A DNA stretch of 64,000 nucleotides. Source: the human T2T-CHM13v2.0 reference genome, Homo sapiens. This document shows, one piece after another, positions 15,176 through 32,361 of this stretch. The position numbers and the translations under genes are program-made. The notes below the pieces were generated by a model, which saw only the letters and a list, made by a program, of their open reading frames with translations, ran no database searches and had not been told where the DNA came from. Positions within the stretch are counted from its first letter, which is position 1. Every line of letters begins with the position of its first letter. Where the stretch lies: assembly GCF_009914755.1 (NCBI RefSeq), contig NC_060927.1. One strand, written 5' to 3'.

Positions 15176-16310
15176 TGATGTTTACTCCCTGTGTGACCTT
15201 GGGCAACTCATCTCACCTCTCTGAATCTGTTTTCCTACCTATAAAAAGAGTATGATGATCATTAACTCACCAGGTTGCTGGAGAGAATTAAGTGGGTCTA
15301 CCTTAAAAAAAACACCTGGATTAGTGCAGATGGTAGGAATCCAGGTAGCTCTCATCATCAGTGCTACAGATCTTTCTGGATCTCAGGTAATTCTTAACCC
15401 TTTGCACAAGGGACTCTTGGCCCTTAAAAGCCCACACAGCAAGGCAATGCCTTGGGGACTTGACCAGCCCGTCCCTTCACACACAGTGTCAACTCTATCC
15501 CACAGCCTGGCCTGGTGTTAGTCTGGTAAATAATGGCATTAATGTACGCTGCAGAATCTCAGCTTCCTCATCTGTAAATGGGATAATATCAGTGACCTCA
15601 AAGAGCTGCTGAGGCTCAATCTCTCTTTCAACATGGTGAAATTAGCGGAGGCTTTCTCTCACCAGCAGAGTGAAGCTGGACTATGTCTCTGATTTGATTT
15701 TTTTTTTTCACAGCCCTTGCATTTTCTGTTGAGGATGCTGAGTAAAAAGTTAGAGCTTAGTAGGGTCCCTGTGTTTGTTTTCACCTCGGTAAAGCAGTGT
15801 CCTTCAGACACTAGGTGGTTTAAATTTGCTGAAATGTCTCCATCTGGTGGACTGTCTGAAATACTACAGGGTTCAACGCTATTTCAGAAAAACAATGGGG
15901 CGACAGCTGGGGCTGCCCTGCCCTGCTCAGAAACGTTGGTGGCTCCCCATTGTCTGCAGGGTAAAGTCCAAAAGCCAAGCCTGGAATTTAAGCGCCTCCA
16001 CAATCGGTCCCCACCCTACCTATCGGACCTTATCACAGCTCCAACCTCCTGCCCCGGCCAGGCCCAGCTCCTCCCTGGCTCCGGAACCAAGGCCCATTCC
16101 AGCCTTGCACATGGGCCTGCCCTGTGCCCTAGGCAGCCACCTGCCCTCCTCCTCTCCTCCTCCTAAGGCTAACCTCCCTTCCAGGGGCAGCTCATATGCC
16201 ACCTCTTCCTGGAAGCCTCCCAGGCTCTTAAACCCATCCTGGTCTTCCCTGACCTCCAACCGACACTTACTGTTGGTTATTTTTTATATTTCAGTACTGA
16301 ATGTTGTGTG

Positions 16311-16652
<342 letters not shown>

Positions 16653-16886
16653 TAATGCATTGCCCTCCTGTATCCAGCATGACAGATTAAAAGAGCATAA
16701 GCCCCGTAGATCCGTATCCTCATCTGGCCTTCACTACTTCCTAGCAATGACACCATGGGCATGTGCGGTAACCTTGGCTGCAGAAGAGAGGTAAGAACAC
16801 CAATCTCACAGCCCTGTTATGAGAATTAAATAAGATCATGGATGCAAAAGTGGCTGGCACATAGTAAGTGCCCAATAAATTGTCAC

Positions 16887-16975
16887 TAGGGTGGCCAGAT
16901 AAAATGTGAGGCACCCAGATTAACTTGAATTTCAGATAAACTTTTTTCTTAAGTATATCCCAAATATTACTTGGA
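16887..16975. mobile_element. MER53-like hAT MITE fragment
   Basis: tagggtggccagataaaat...acccagattaacttgaatttcagataaac. Confidence 0.6.
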
Positions 16976-17047
16976 GGTTCTGGGCACATTTCACCGATAA
17001 CTGTTCATTGTGTTAGATGTGCTAGTGATACTGGGGATATGTTGATA

Positions 17048-17692
17048 TAGTCCATCCTCCCTACTCTTGGATTCTGTATTTACAAACTCACCTAGTTGCT
17101 AAAACTTATTGGTAACATCACAATCAATACTTCACTGTCACAGTCATCTGCAGATGTGTGCATGCACAGAATACCAAAAAATTTGAGTCACACAGTGTGC
17201 ACATTCCCAGCTGCAGGTGAACAAGGAGACTCTGCCTTCTTGTTTCAGCTCTCATACCATAAATAAGTATGCTTTTTTGAGCTCTAGTTTGTGCCATGTT
17301 TTTCACATTTTTGTGCTTTTTGTTGGTGATTTAACTGTTTAAAATGGCCCCAAGTGGAGTGCTGAAGTGCTGTCTGGTGTTCCCCACCCAAGAAATGTGC
17401 CTTATTGGAGAGAATAGGTGTGTTAGATAAGCCTCCTTTAGGCAGGAGTTATAGTGCTGTTGGCTGCGAGTTCAGTGTTGATGAATCAACATATGTAAGG
17501 TGTCTTTAAACAGAAACACATGAAGTGAGGTTATATATTGACCAGTTGATGAAAATGCTGTGACCAGAGACTCACAGACACCTAACCTTGTATCTTGTAT
17601 TTCTCCTGGAAACATGGTTCAGTATTTACTAATTCAGTGTTTGTGGCAACTTTATAGAACAGAATTACCTCAAATAATGAGAATGAACTACA
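17048..17692 (+). mobile_element. MER82-like TcMar-Tigger element
   Basis: cattcccagctgcaggtgaacaaggagactctgccttcttgtttcagctctcatac...tttgtgctttttgttggtgattt...aataatgagaat; ~650 bp. Confidence 0.75.
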
Positions 17693-17699
17693 CAGTTGA

Positions 17700-17748
17700 T
17701 ATATGTGTGTGTGTGTGTGTGTGTCTGCGTATATATATATATATATAT
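17700..17748. repeat. Compound (TG)n/(TA)n microsatellite
   Basis: atatgtgtgtgtgtgtgtgtgtgtctgcgtatatatatatatatatatg. Confidence 0.92.
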
Positions 17749-17925
17749 GTAGATGCAGATGTATTGTAATAAAATTAAGTCCTTATCTATTAGAGATACC
17801 TACTGAAATATCATGGATGAAGTTATATCATGTCTGGGATTGTTTTAAAATACTCCAGCAAGGAGATAAAAGTGTGTATATCGAGAATGCAAAAGAAATG
17901 AGATACCAAAGGTTGAAGGTTGTAG

Positions 17926-18310
<385 letters not shown>

Positions 18311-18889
18311 TGAGAAAGTCTTGGGGAAAATTTCTTTCTTTTTTAAAATTTACAGATTTTTTTTCTTTTTTTAATTTCTTTTTTTATGTTTTTGGGAGGG
18401 GAATTTGAGATCCCATTATCAGCAAACCCCAAATCCTTCCACGAGCTGGGATGGGATTTAAGAGACCTGGCTCTAGTCTCAGCCCCACCTCAGACCTGCT
18501 CGGTTATCTCTGACAACTCACAGTGCCACTGGAACTGTTTTCTTATCAGTTAAATAAGGAAGTTTAACTGGACAACCTCTGAATCCCTTTCATTGTTAAA
18601 GCCCTCTAATTCTAAAACCAGTATTTCTTAAATTGGCATGTTCTGGTCGGATATTACAGCCTCTCTTCAGCTGTCTCTCCCCTGCCCAATCCATCCTGTT
18701 ACCATATCCTGTGACTCTTGCCAATTTTCTCCCTTTCTTTTGCAACATTCTTACCACAAAGCTCTTTGATTTTGGTTTATCTAAAACCTGAACTCCCTAG
18801 CCTAGCAGTGAAGGTCCTTGCAGCAGAGGACCCACTGAATGCTGCGACATGATCTCACTCTACCAAGAGCAAGCCCACAGTGCAGTTCA

Positions 18890-19324
<435 letters not shown>

Positions 19325-20229
19325 CTAAAGGCTGACCAGGAATTACTGCAGCTAACAGAGGGGAGGGAACATAGAGGCAACAGCATGCGTGAAGGAATGG
19401 AGGCAAGAACATTGGCAGAAGTCCAAAATTCAACATCCATCATCACATCTAGCACCATGAATCTCTCCAGCAGTATTTGCCACACTTCCTTGCCATCCTC
19501 CTTTGCCTCCTGCTTAGTCTGTGTGGTGGAACTCCTGTGATTCATATTTGGGAAAGTATATATTGGACTCCCCACAGGGCTCCTTTAAAATAACCAGGTC
19601 AGGAGAAACTTACACTTCCTATTGCACTCCAGTTTTGCTCATCTCCCGTAATTCTGATGGCCCATTTTTCAGTAAACTCAAGCTCAGAAAGGTTGTCAGT
19701 CATTCAAGCTCACGCAGCCAGTGAGGGGGGAAAATGGGGATGCAGAGCAGGTGGACCTGCCGCCTATTGTCCCTTAACTGCACAGGCAGTCTGGGCACAC
19801 AGAGGCTTCTGGCCAGGTGTCTGCCAGAGAAAACGTCCTTGCAAGTTCCCCGCATGCTGCAGCGTACACAGGTGCGCTGCTGTGATCCTCTTTCTACATT
19901 GAGAAAGATGAGATCAGTTTCCTCAGGGCCATTTAATAAAGTCCTGTCGGTCGCCTCAAACATCCCATCCACCGAGGGCCGAAGATTCTAGGTCTCTCCC
20001 ACCTCCCACGTGACTATGTGACATTTGACGGGTAACTGCATCTCATCTGTAAAATGCGTCTTGCAGGATCGTTCTGGCTTCCGTACAATCCTGCAGAGAG
20101 CAGCAAAGCGCGCACGCAGCCTCCGCCTCATACTCCGCAGTGGCAGAGCTGGCGCACAGAACACCCGCCAGCCGGCCGTGCGCAGGCGCACTCCGCCAAG
20201 TCCCGACGGGAGCTCTGCGGCTGCGCACT

Positions 20230-20323
20230 CGGCTGGCTTTGCGGCCGCACTGCTTGACGGCAGCGGTGTCCGCCCCACGGCCGGCGTTGCCGGGGTAACG
20301 GCGAGCGCGTGGGGCCAAGAAAG
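20230..20323 (+). other. TSEN2: TSEN2 non-coding first exon (short form; start approximate)
   Basis: Strong donor AAG/GTAAGG at 20323/20324 inside the CpG island; no ATG in the segment; TSS cannot be fixed from sequence. Confidence 0.65.
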
Positions 20324-20543
20324 GTAAGGGCCCTGGGCGAGGAAAGCGCGGCCCTTTCCGAGTTTGGTGTTTTGCAGCGAAAGGAAATCTCGCTCTTCCG
20401 AAAGTCCTCCAGGGCGAGAGAGGAAAGGGCCTAGGTACTGTGCTGGGGTCGCACAGCCGGCCGAGACAGTGCCGGGACGGGGAGCCAGGCTTCCGAGTGC
20501 GCCCGGTCACTGACTCCTCCGCGCTTTCCTCGTGCGCCTGCAG

Positions 20544-20686
20544 CCCTTGGTTCTTGGAAACGCCGGCGCCTTGTTCAGGGCTGGTGGGGCTGGGGCGCAA
20601 GGTGCAGCTGACAATGCCCGAGAGGAGCCGCAGCCTCTGGTGGAGTTCGGTCGGGTGTGGGGGTAGTCAAGGAAAGAAGCAAAGGG
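20544..20686 (+). other. TSEN2: TSEN2 5'UTR exon segment (3' part of a long first exon, or an internal cassette exon)
   Basis: Donor GGG/GTAAGA at 20686/20687; candidate acceptor CACTGAC (20508-20514) + pyrimidine tract + CTGCAG ending 20543. Confidence 0.65.
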
Positions 20687-21675
20687 GTAAGACAGGGAGT
20701 TAGGAATTGGCGGGGCCCCTAACGCTGTTGGGGTGCGCAGTTTATTTTATTTGCAGCTGTCGTCTGGTGAGCGCTTTCCACGTGGTAGGCCCCGAACGAA
20801 ACGCCTTCTGCAAAATTATGCATTTAATCCTGACAACAACTTTCAAAGGCTGGTCATCTGTTTATATGGCTTATTCTCAGGTTCTAACTTGAAAGCTCCC
20901 CAGAGGCAGGATTGTTTACCTTGTGCCTTTCATCCTTGCCTCCCTAAGCCCAGGAGGTGCGCAGATGGAGCTTGAAGCGTGTTTTGGTTGGGAGAAGGTG
21001 AGATTTGCTGGGTAGGAGGTTTTTTAACCAGGTTTGTTTGGCACCTAGTCCAGGAAGGTTGGAAAATTAAATGGAGCCACCTCTCCCTTTTTTGTTTTTC
21101 TAATAGACATTTACCATCACCTAAGAGGTGTTAGCCTGTGTGCTCGAGGGAAGAATAAGAAACAGACTCTGCTTTTAATAGAAAGTAAGAATATGCAGCT
21201 CTGGAGTCAGGTGTGCGCAGGTTGGGGAAATAAGAAGTAAAGATTTCTCAGGGGTGCGCCCGGCCCCTCCGAGTCACTTTCCACATCTGTACAATGGAAA
21301 TAAAAATAGTCTTTACCTCCGGGGGCTACTGGGATTAAGTGAATTTGAATAGACCTTGCTGTTACCAGTGGTTAGCTATATGTTAAAATCAGCTGGGTCC
21401 ACCCAGGAAATTCTGATGTAATTGATTGCAGGTGAGGCCTGGGCATGAGGAGTTAAGGGTAGGTAAGCTTGAGGGCCACTGTGTGATGTACCACTCCCAG
21501 GTTTAATTTTCTTAATCTGCATTTTTCAATCATCATTCTAAATAACCTGCAGTGACTCCAATTCCAAACCAACCTTTGCATCCCAAACCTCTTGACAACT
21601 GACCCAGTCTTTCCTATATGTTTTTGTGCACCTCAGGCACCGCTCTTCTTTCATATCTGTGGAATGAGGATAGTA

Positions 21676-21954
21676 CAGTCAGCTCTCGCTATCAGGTTCC
21701 GAATCTGTGGATTCAACCAATGTTGCATCAAAAATATTTGGAAAAAGAAATTTAAAAATATATATATATAACAATTATTTAGTATTTACATTGTATTAGG
21801 TATTCTAAGTAATCTAGAGAAGACTTAAAGTAGATGGGAGGATGGGCATAAGTTACATGCAAATACTACATTTTATTTAAGGGACTTGAGCTGCGGATTT
21901 TGGTAGGGGGTGAGTCCTGGAACCAGTCCTTCTGTGGATACCAAGGGATGACTA
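21676..21954 (-). mobile_element. MER2 (TcMar-Tigger MITE)
   Basis: ta-cagtc...gactata ends; core tattaggtattctaagtaatctagaga...gtcctggaaccagtcc. Confidence 0.8.
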
Positions 21955-22344
21955 TAGTACCCACATGTGCAGCACATGCAGTGAGTGCCTCTGGCATCTG
22001 GTACCTACCTATGACAGTTTCCTCTTCTTATTTTACTCACATCCCACCTCTTACAGCATGCTGTTCTGCCGCGACACTAAAGAACCTTCTTGAATATCCA
22101 TTGCAGATATGGGGAATGGTAAATGCAGTCTTTTCTCCTCTGCTTTGCCTTTCGAGTTCAGCACAGGAGGACTCTTCCATGAAACTAGAGATCATCTGAT
22201 TTGTCCTCTTGAATTTTTCCCCCTGGGGAAGTGAGCTCTACCTTCCCTGAGGGTTTCTTTCTATCTTTTCTAGAAGCTTCACGCTGGTATCTGTGAAGTC
22301 ATTCTTGCAGGACATGGCCTGGGGAATGTCTTTACTTCTGAATT

Positions 22345-22925
22345 TTTTAAAATAGCTTTATTGAGATACCATATAATTCTGTAAAAGTCACCCTTCTGAA
22401 ATGTACGAGTCAGTGGTCTTCGTATTCGCGGAGTTATGTAACCATTACCATCACTACAATCTAATTTTAAAACATTTTCGTCACCCTCCAAAATAAACCT
22501 CCTGTCTTATTAGCAGTCGCCCCCCCATTTCCCACTTTTCCCTGTCTCTGGCAACTGGTAATCTGTCTCTATGGATTTGTCTATTCCGGAAACTTTATCT
22601 TAATTGTCTCGTGGTCTTTTGTGTCTGACTTCTTTTAGCATAATGCTTTCAGGTGTTGAAGAATGTATCCGAACTTCATTCCTTTTCTATGGCTAAGTAT
22701 TTGATTATATGGATAGACCACATTTTGTTGATCTGGTCAACTATTGATGGACATTTGGATGGCTTCCACTTTGATGCTATTATGAATAATACTGTTGTGA
22801 ACATTCACATACAAATTTTTCCATGAACATATGTTTTCATTTCTCTTAGGTCTATACCTAGGGGTGGAGTTGCTGGATCATGTCGTAACTATGTGTTTGA
22901 CATTTTGAGGAACTGCCAGACTCCT
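22345..22925 (-). mobile_element. L1M 3' fragment
   Basis: aatagctttattgagatacc...attgatggacatttggatggcttccac...ataccta ggggtggagttgctggatcat. Confidence 0.85.
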
Positions 22926-25604
22926 CCAGTCCTGTTCGATTTGAAGATGAAACTGGGCTTAGAGAAAGTGGGTTGTGCAAGGTCACACAATAATAATGGC
23001 GGCTTTGCATGTCTGGAAGGCCTACTGCGAGCCAAATTCCTGAGGGGTGTGCAGCCACATGAGCAAGAGTAACACAAGAACTTGGATTATGAGGGGTGTT
23101 TTGTCGCAGGGACCCTTCCATCCCACACACCTGGGTTGGAGTACAGAGTTCTTTCGATCAAGTGTCACAGCTAAATCTTGCCTTTTTTAGATGTGACAGC
23201 AGTCTGAGAGGGAAAAACGCTGAACAAATGAGGCAGACTAAAATACAACTCTTATTTGTTGAGAGAATTTATTAGAACTTCTTGAAGGTGGCCATTAAAT
23301 CTTTTTTCATTTTTTTAAAATTCCGAATGTAATGTATATAAGTCAGCTGCTGAGCAGAGGTTATAAAAGTGAAAAATCCCATAAAAGTCCAAACCATTCC
23401 TGGAAGTCTTTCAAAAAGTGCCTTACTAGAGACCAACATCCTGCCCCCAAAAAGCAGTGTTTATTTTCAGTTTTAGAATAAATTATTGTCTCTCCAATTG
23501 AGTACTAAATGTGATAATTTAGTACTTGGGCTGAGGGATAAGTCAGCAAGCAAGGTAAAGCCTAGTCTAAATATGCTCTTAAGAAAATCTCTTAGGTTTC
23601 CTGTGAGCATGCAGTAGACGTGGTTTTGTTATAAACACTATACAGCAAGATGCATGCATAAATATAAAATGTACAAAGTAATGCTCAGTATGTAATTCCT
23701 TCAAGGAACCTTATTTAGAAATTAATCTAGCATGTTGCTGCTTAGAACAATGGCAATTCTAGGAAGGTTCCAACTTCCCGATTCTTCTTTTTCATGGTTA
23801 TCTTTGTAATTGATGTATCATTTCCTCTAACTCCTCTTTAGTCTGTGTTTTTCTGTGTCCTCATATAATTCCTCAGCTTCTTCCTTGAGAAGTTGGATAC
23901 TGATATCATCACACGTTGGATAAGCCTTTTCTTAATGGTCATGACACTCTTAAAGCCACTCACCTTCCCCTCCCTCAGTTTTGGCCACCTTCTTGACTGT
24001 TTCAGGCTTGATGGCATCCCTTGCCAATGGGATGCAAGTACTGAGTGCAGGAGCCACCTAAGTAATTAGTCTTATTTTTTCCCTTGTGAGGATTCGGAGT
24101 CATGTAGGTTAAACGTGTGTATGATTTGGCCGCACTGTATCTTCAAGCACCAGGTAAGCTCTCAGTTGAAATCAAGTCTAGACCTAGTACTGGGGGAGCA
24201 GCAGATTCAAGTTTCCCATCTCATTCCAGGACAGCTGCTCCTCGAGTGGAATGTCTTGCACCATTTACATTGTTTTCCCATGTATATGGTTACGTTTTCC
24301 TAGGTTAAGTGCATCTACTGTATCTCTGTGTCTGCATCACACAATATGTTCACATTTACTTCCCTCCTTTAGACATTAGTGGATAACAGCCAGTTCCGTT
24401 AGCTCCAACCTGCTTTCTGTGCTTCCAGCTATGTTATATACTTGTTTTGTCTCCTTGGATCCAATGTATGGCCCCAGAGGGACACGTACTGGCTTTGGCT
24501 TTCTGTTCTCCCTCATGGTGCTGGGTGCACAGTGGGTAATTCCGTTACTGCTCAATAACCCTTCACCGTCTGATTTTGAGAAAGAGTCATCAGACAAAAG
24601 TAGATAGACCCTGCCTGTGCTTTCAGCAGAATCTAGAGAGAGGGCATGGGCTTGGGAGTTCAACAGACCTGGGTCACCCGATGCCACCACACTCGGGGTC
24701 GTCTACAAATCTCTCTAACCTGAATCTGTTTCCTATTTGTAAAATGGTGTTGCTACTGCTCACCCTGTAATACTAATTATAGCTGATACATGAATGGTAC
24801 ACGCTATGTGCCAGGTACTGTTCTAAGCACTTTATGGATCTTAACTGTAAGATAGAGTCGTTCTTATCTTGATTTTGCAGGTGAGGAAACTAAATCACAG
24901 AGAGAGTCAGTGACTTTTGCCCAAAATCACACTGCTAGGAAGTGGTAAAGTTGATTCTGATGCTGATAGTCTGGCTTTAGAGTCCCTGCTTGAAGCCAGT
25001 AGCATTTGGTAGTATATAATCGACCCTTAAATAACTGCTGCTGTCATTATTATTTATTAATGTACTTTAAAAATTGGGAGCTGATTGACCCAATGTTTAG
25101 TGTGTATTGTAAGATCCTCTTGGAAAATGAAGTGCCTGCAAGATTTAATTTGTTGAGGACAGGGTCTCAGTTTTGTCTTTGTCTCCCCAGCACCTATGAT
25201 TATTAGGAATTCCTGGTAGTAAATGTCTGTTGGGTGAGTGAAATGGAAGCACTCCTGGTAGACAGAAATCCTGTTGTGCTTGCTCTCAGGAGACCTAACA
25301 TTGCAGCTTTGGGCATGTCACTAGGTCTCAGCGTTGTCAGCTGGAGTAGAAAGATTACCACTCATTTCCTGGGGTTTATTGTGGGGATTAATTGCAGTAT
25401 TCTAGGTCAATATGATTTACATTGCTCACACAAACTGTTCTTACTGCTTTTAGTTTATTGCTTTATAAATACTCTATTTCTTCCCACAGACCACTAAGTT
25501 TTCTGAGCCTAGGTACAGATGTACTCACATTTTGGATCAAGGTAGTTATTGATTGTCTGTTTCTTTCTGTTTGTTGTCTACTCTTTAAAGAATACCTCCT
25601 CTGA

Positions 25605-25838
<234 letters not shown>

Positions 25839-26389
25839 TGAGCAAGCAGTCCTTTCCTTCTCCCCATCCCAGCCATACCCCCACACCAACCATGAACAAT
25901 GTGTATTCTTTCCTTGCGGTTTGGTCCAGTTGTAGGAAAAGTACAATTTGAATTAGTGCCCAAAAGCCATATGTTAGGGTAATAGAATGACAGATGGAGC
26001 ACCCCTGCCCACAAACCTTTATTTCAGTGATGAAGTAGGTTCAATGGATTGACTATTTTTTTTGTCTTTAGTTGTAAAAGCAATGCATGTTTGTTAAAGG
26101 AACAAAAAAAGTAATTTACAGAAATGTAATGGGTAAAAAAGTGAAAATTCCCCACTCACTCCCATCCCGTTCCCAGAGGTAGCCACAGCGTGGCATAGTG
26201 TCCCTACTCAGGCACGGATCAGATGGGGCTTTGGCATGGAGCTCCTTATCTGCTGCCTCCTGGTTGGGGACCTCTTCTCAGATGAGGACAAGTTCTAGTT
26301 TTTACTGTTTTCCAGCATTGATCAAGTTGAATGAAGACTGGTAGTTCTTTAAAAAAAATTTTCCATAATCTGTTCATTGCTGTGGGCAT

Positions 26390-26645
26390 TTTTAAAAAAC
26401 AGCTTTATTGAGTTATAATTTACAACTATAAAGTCCTCCCATTGTAAGTATACAATTCAGTGATTGTCATAAATTTATAGAGTTGCACAACTCTCACCAC
26501 AGTCCAGTTTTAGAACATTCCCATCACCACAGAGTTCCCTTGTGCCCATCACACTTAATCCCTGCTCCCACTCCCGGCCCAAGGCAGCCACGGAATGGCG
26601 TCTTGTCTCCATAAATGTGCCTTCTCTAGACACTTGATAGAAGAG
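26390..26645 (-). mobile_element. L1M 3' end fragment
   Basis: acagctttattgagttataatttaca...cagttttagaacattcccatcacc. Confidence 0.8.
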
Positions 26646-26776
26646 TGGGTGGCACTGGCCATGGTGAGGCAGGAGTCTCAGTAGGCCAAGGGCAGCTCAC
26701 CAGGGAGGCCTTCATTTACAGTATATAACATTAAGCAAGAGGCTTTATAAAGTGCTGTATGCATTATTTATTCTTG

Positions 26777-27114
<338 letters not shown>

Positions 27115-27552
27115 TAATCTAAATGGAGAAAGGGGTGTTTGTTTTATTCTTTCAATTTTCTGTGTGTTTAAATATTTTGTAATGAAAAGGGGAAAAATAC
27201 ATGTTGTTTTTGGAATCAGCAGGAATGAGAGGAATACTTCAATTCTGGAGTACAAAAGAATCCAAGAGGTTTTTTTGGACCTAGTGGGCAGCATGGCTCC
27301 TGCCTTCAGGCACACTGTGTTCCCGAACCATATGTAGAGAAGAAACTCTGCCTCTGCCTGCCCTCGGCTTATCAGACCTAGACTGAAAGCATTAGTTATG
27401 GGATAAATGAGGTGTGCTAAAAACTTACTAGTACTCTTGAAGCGATTAGAAAGGTGTTACGCTAAGAACATCCTTAGTCATCATTAGATAATCAGAGGGA
27501 AAATGTAAAGACATGAAAAGTGGGGCGAACCTCTTGTTAACTCAGATGGGTA

Positions 27553-27873
27553 CAGTCGGCCCTCCATATCATGGGTTCCACTTCCGTGGATTCACCCAAC
27601 CTTGGATTGAAGATATTTTGGGAGAAAAATTGCATGTGTACCAAACGGGGACTTTATTTTCTTATATTAAACAATATAACAACTATTTACATAGCATTTG
27701 CATTGCATTAGGTATTATAAGTAGCCTAGAGATGACTTAAAGTATATGGGAGGGCCTACGTAGACTATATATAAATACTGCACCATTTTATATCAGGGAC
27801 TCGACCATCTGCCGATTTTGGTATCCACCAGAGGTCCTGGAACCAGCCCCCTGTGGATACTGAGGGATTACTG
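27553..27873 (-). mobile_element. MER2 (TcMar-Tigger MITE)
   Basis: TA TSDs with inverted ends cagtcggccctcc...gagggattactg; ends ~70 nt before the exon 3 acceptor. Confidence 0.85.
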
Positions 27874-27918
27874 TATATTCTACCTCAGCTAAAAAACTGG
27901 TAACTAAGCATGAACTAA

Positions 27919-28080
<162 letters not shown>

Positions 28081-28519
28081 TGATCTTATATCTCAGGCTA
28101 TATAGTAAAATTCTAGAGAAGTAACATGTACACTGGCAGTTTTACTGCCAAAGTTAGCTAGAATAATTCTAATCAAAGCAAAAGGGTTATGATTGGGTGA
28201 CAGTGTGTTTAATTTCTAGAATTATCAAGTGTTAATTGGGCTTTTCTGTTGTTAAGTGTTTGCTTAGCAGAGTACTATGCCTATGGCAGGTACTGGTAGT
28301 TAAGTACCTGCTCACCTGTGGCACTATGCAAAATTTTTAAAATTTTGTTTCCAGAATTAGAATTTGTAATAGCCATGACATGTATGTGTGTGGTTCTCCC
28401 TTGCTGATTCTCTTTAATTTATAAATGTTTTAGAATATTTATCTAAGGAATTCTCATGGTAATTACTTAAGAACCAATACCAGCATGTTAAAACATAATT
28501 AGAAAGGATCTTTTAAAGG

Positions 28520-30185
<1,666 letters not shown>

Positions 30186-30192
30186 AATAGAT

Positions 30193-31337
<1,145 letters not shown>

Positions 31338-32324
31338 ATTTGAGTAACTTTATAGTGATTTGATTGTTCAACCTAATCGGATAGACTTTGCATCAGTTAC
31401 TTCTTGTCACAATAATGCTGCTTAGTAAACCATCCCGAAAGGTATTGGTTTTAAGCAGCAACCATAGTAGTCACTAGGTGTGCAATCTTGGCTGGGTGTG
31501 CTCACTTTCCTGTGGGGTTAAAGCTGAACATCATCTCTTCCAAGCATTTAATGCATGCAGACGAGGCTGAGTTTGGGAAAAGAGAAGTAATTAGCCCAAA
31601 GGCAGAGTTAGGAAAAGACCAGGACGAAAACCCAGACCACTGGGTGACCTGATAAACATTTCGGTTGGAAAGACTCCTCCCACCTGATGCCCTGCTTATG
31701 CCTGGGGTACAGGCAAGTTAACTACAACCAAAACCTAGGGATTCAGAAACAGCAGGAGCCCGCCTGTCAGAACTGCGCCCTCATCAGGCTGGTCTTCAAA
31801 ATAACTTGAGGTCAAGCCAGTTTGAGATTCTGCACAGGGAGCTAGAGCTGGATCCCTGAACTCCCAAATCCACATCCAAAACCAACACTGCAATCAAGTT
31901 CACTTTTCCAGCACTTTTGATATACACATGGAAGGCGCTTTCAGTGAAGAGGGAAGAATGGAGATGAAGTGCATACCTCTAGGGCCTCAGCATTCTCATT
32001 TGGAAGTTGGAATGAGCATTCAGCCATGGCAGAGAGGTTTCCTCCTGTGCTGTTGCTGCTTAGCTGGAGCCCTGAGTTGAGAAGAATTCTGAGGTCCCCT
32101 CTAAGCCCAGCAAGACCGATGTGATTGATGGGCAGCACCTGCCAAGGGTATGGGTTCAGGGAAGGACGGCATAGAAAGCATATTTTTGCCATTACTGACT
32201 GGACAGTAAACTTTCTAGGTGTGTGATTTTGTGAATCTTAAAATTCTCAGTCTTTCCTAGATTTTTAGTGTTTGTTCCCCTTATGGGAAATTTGCCTGAA
32301 ACTAATAGAACTTCTTTGTTCCAG

Positions 32325-32361
32325 ATATGAAGACAAACATGCCTATCATCACATCAAAGAG
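32325..32361 (+). CDS. TSEN2: TSEN2 exon 4 (37 nt)
   Basis: (D)MKTNMPIITSK(R); ttccag/ acceptor, GAG/GTAAGT donor; phases match neighbours. Confidence 0.94.

Larger units (their letters stand above)
19960..20800 (+). promoter_or_regulatory. TSEN2: CpG-island, TATA-less promoter of TSEN2
   Basis: Abrupt rise in GC and CpG density; NRF1-type TGCGCAGGCGCA at 20179-20190, GC box CCGCCCC at 20270-20276, RFX X-box-like GTTGCCGGGGTAAC at 20286-20299; lies ~5 kb upstream of the first coding exon. Confidence 0.92.

Noticed and set aside
20324-20377. Acceptor-like ttttgcag at 20377 after the 20323 donor
   Set aside because: Would define a 54-nt intron, below the usual human minimum
20025-20703. Long overlapping ORFs on both strands in the CpG island (e.g. 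20043..20600 -, 185 aa)
   Set aside because: Expected from stop-codon scarcity in GC-rich DNA; no recognisable domain. Only the ATG-initiated spliced uORF at 20614 is retained
23501-23526. 10-bp perfect hairpin agtactaaat-gtgata-atttagtact
   Set aside because: About one such stem is expected by chance in 64 kb; too short for a pre-miRNA
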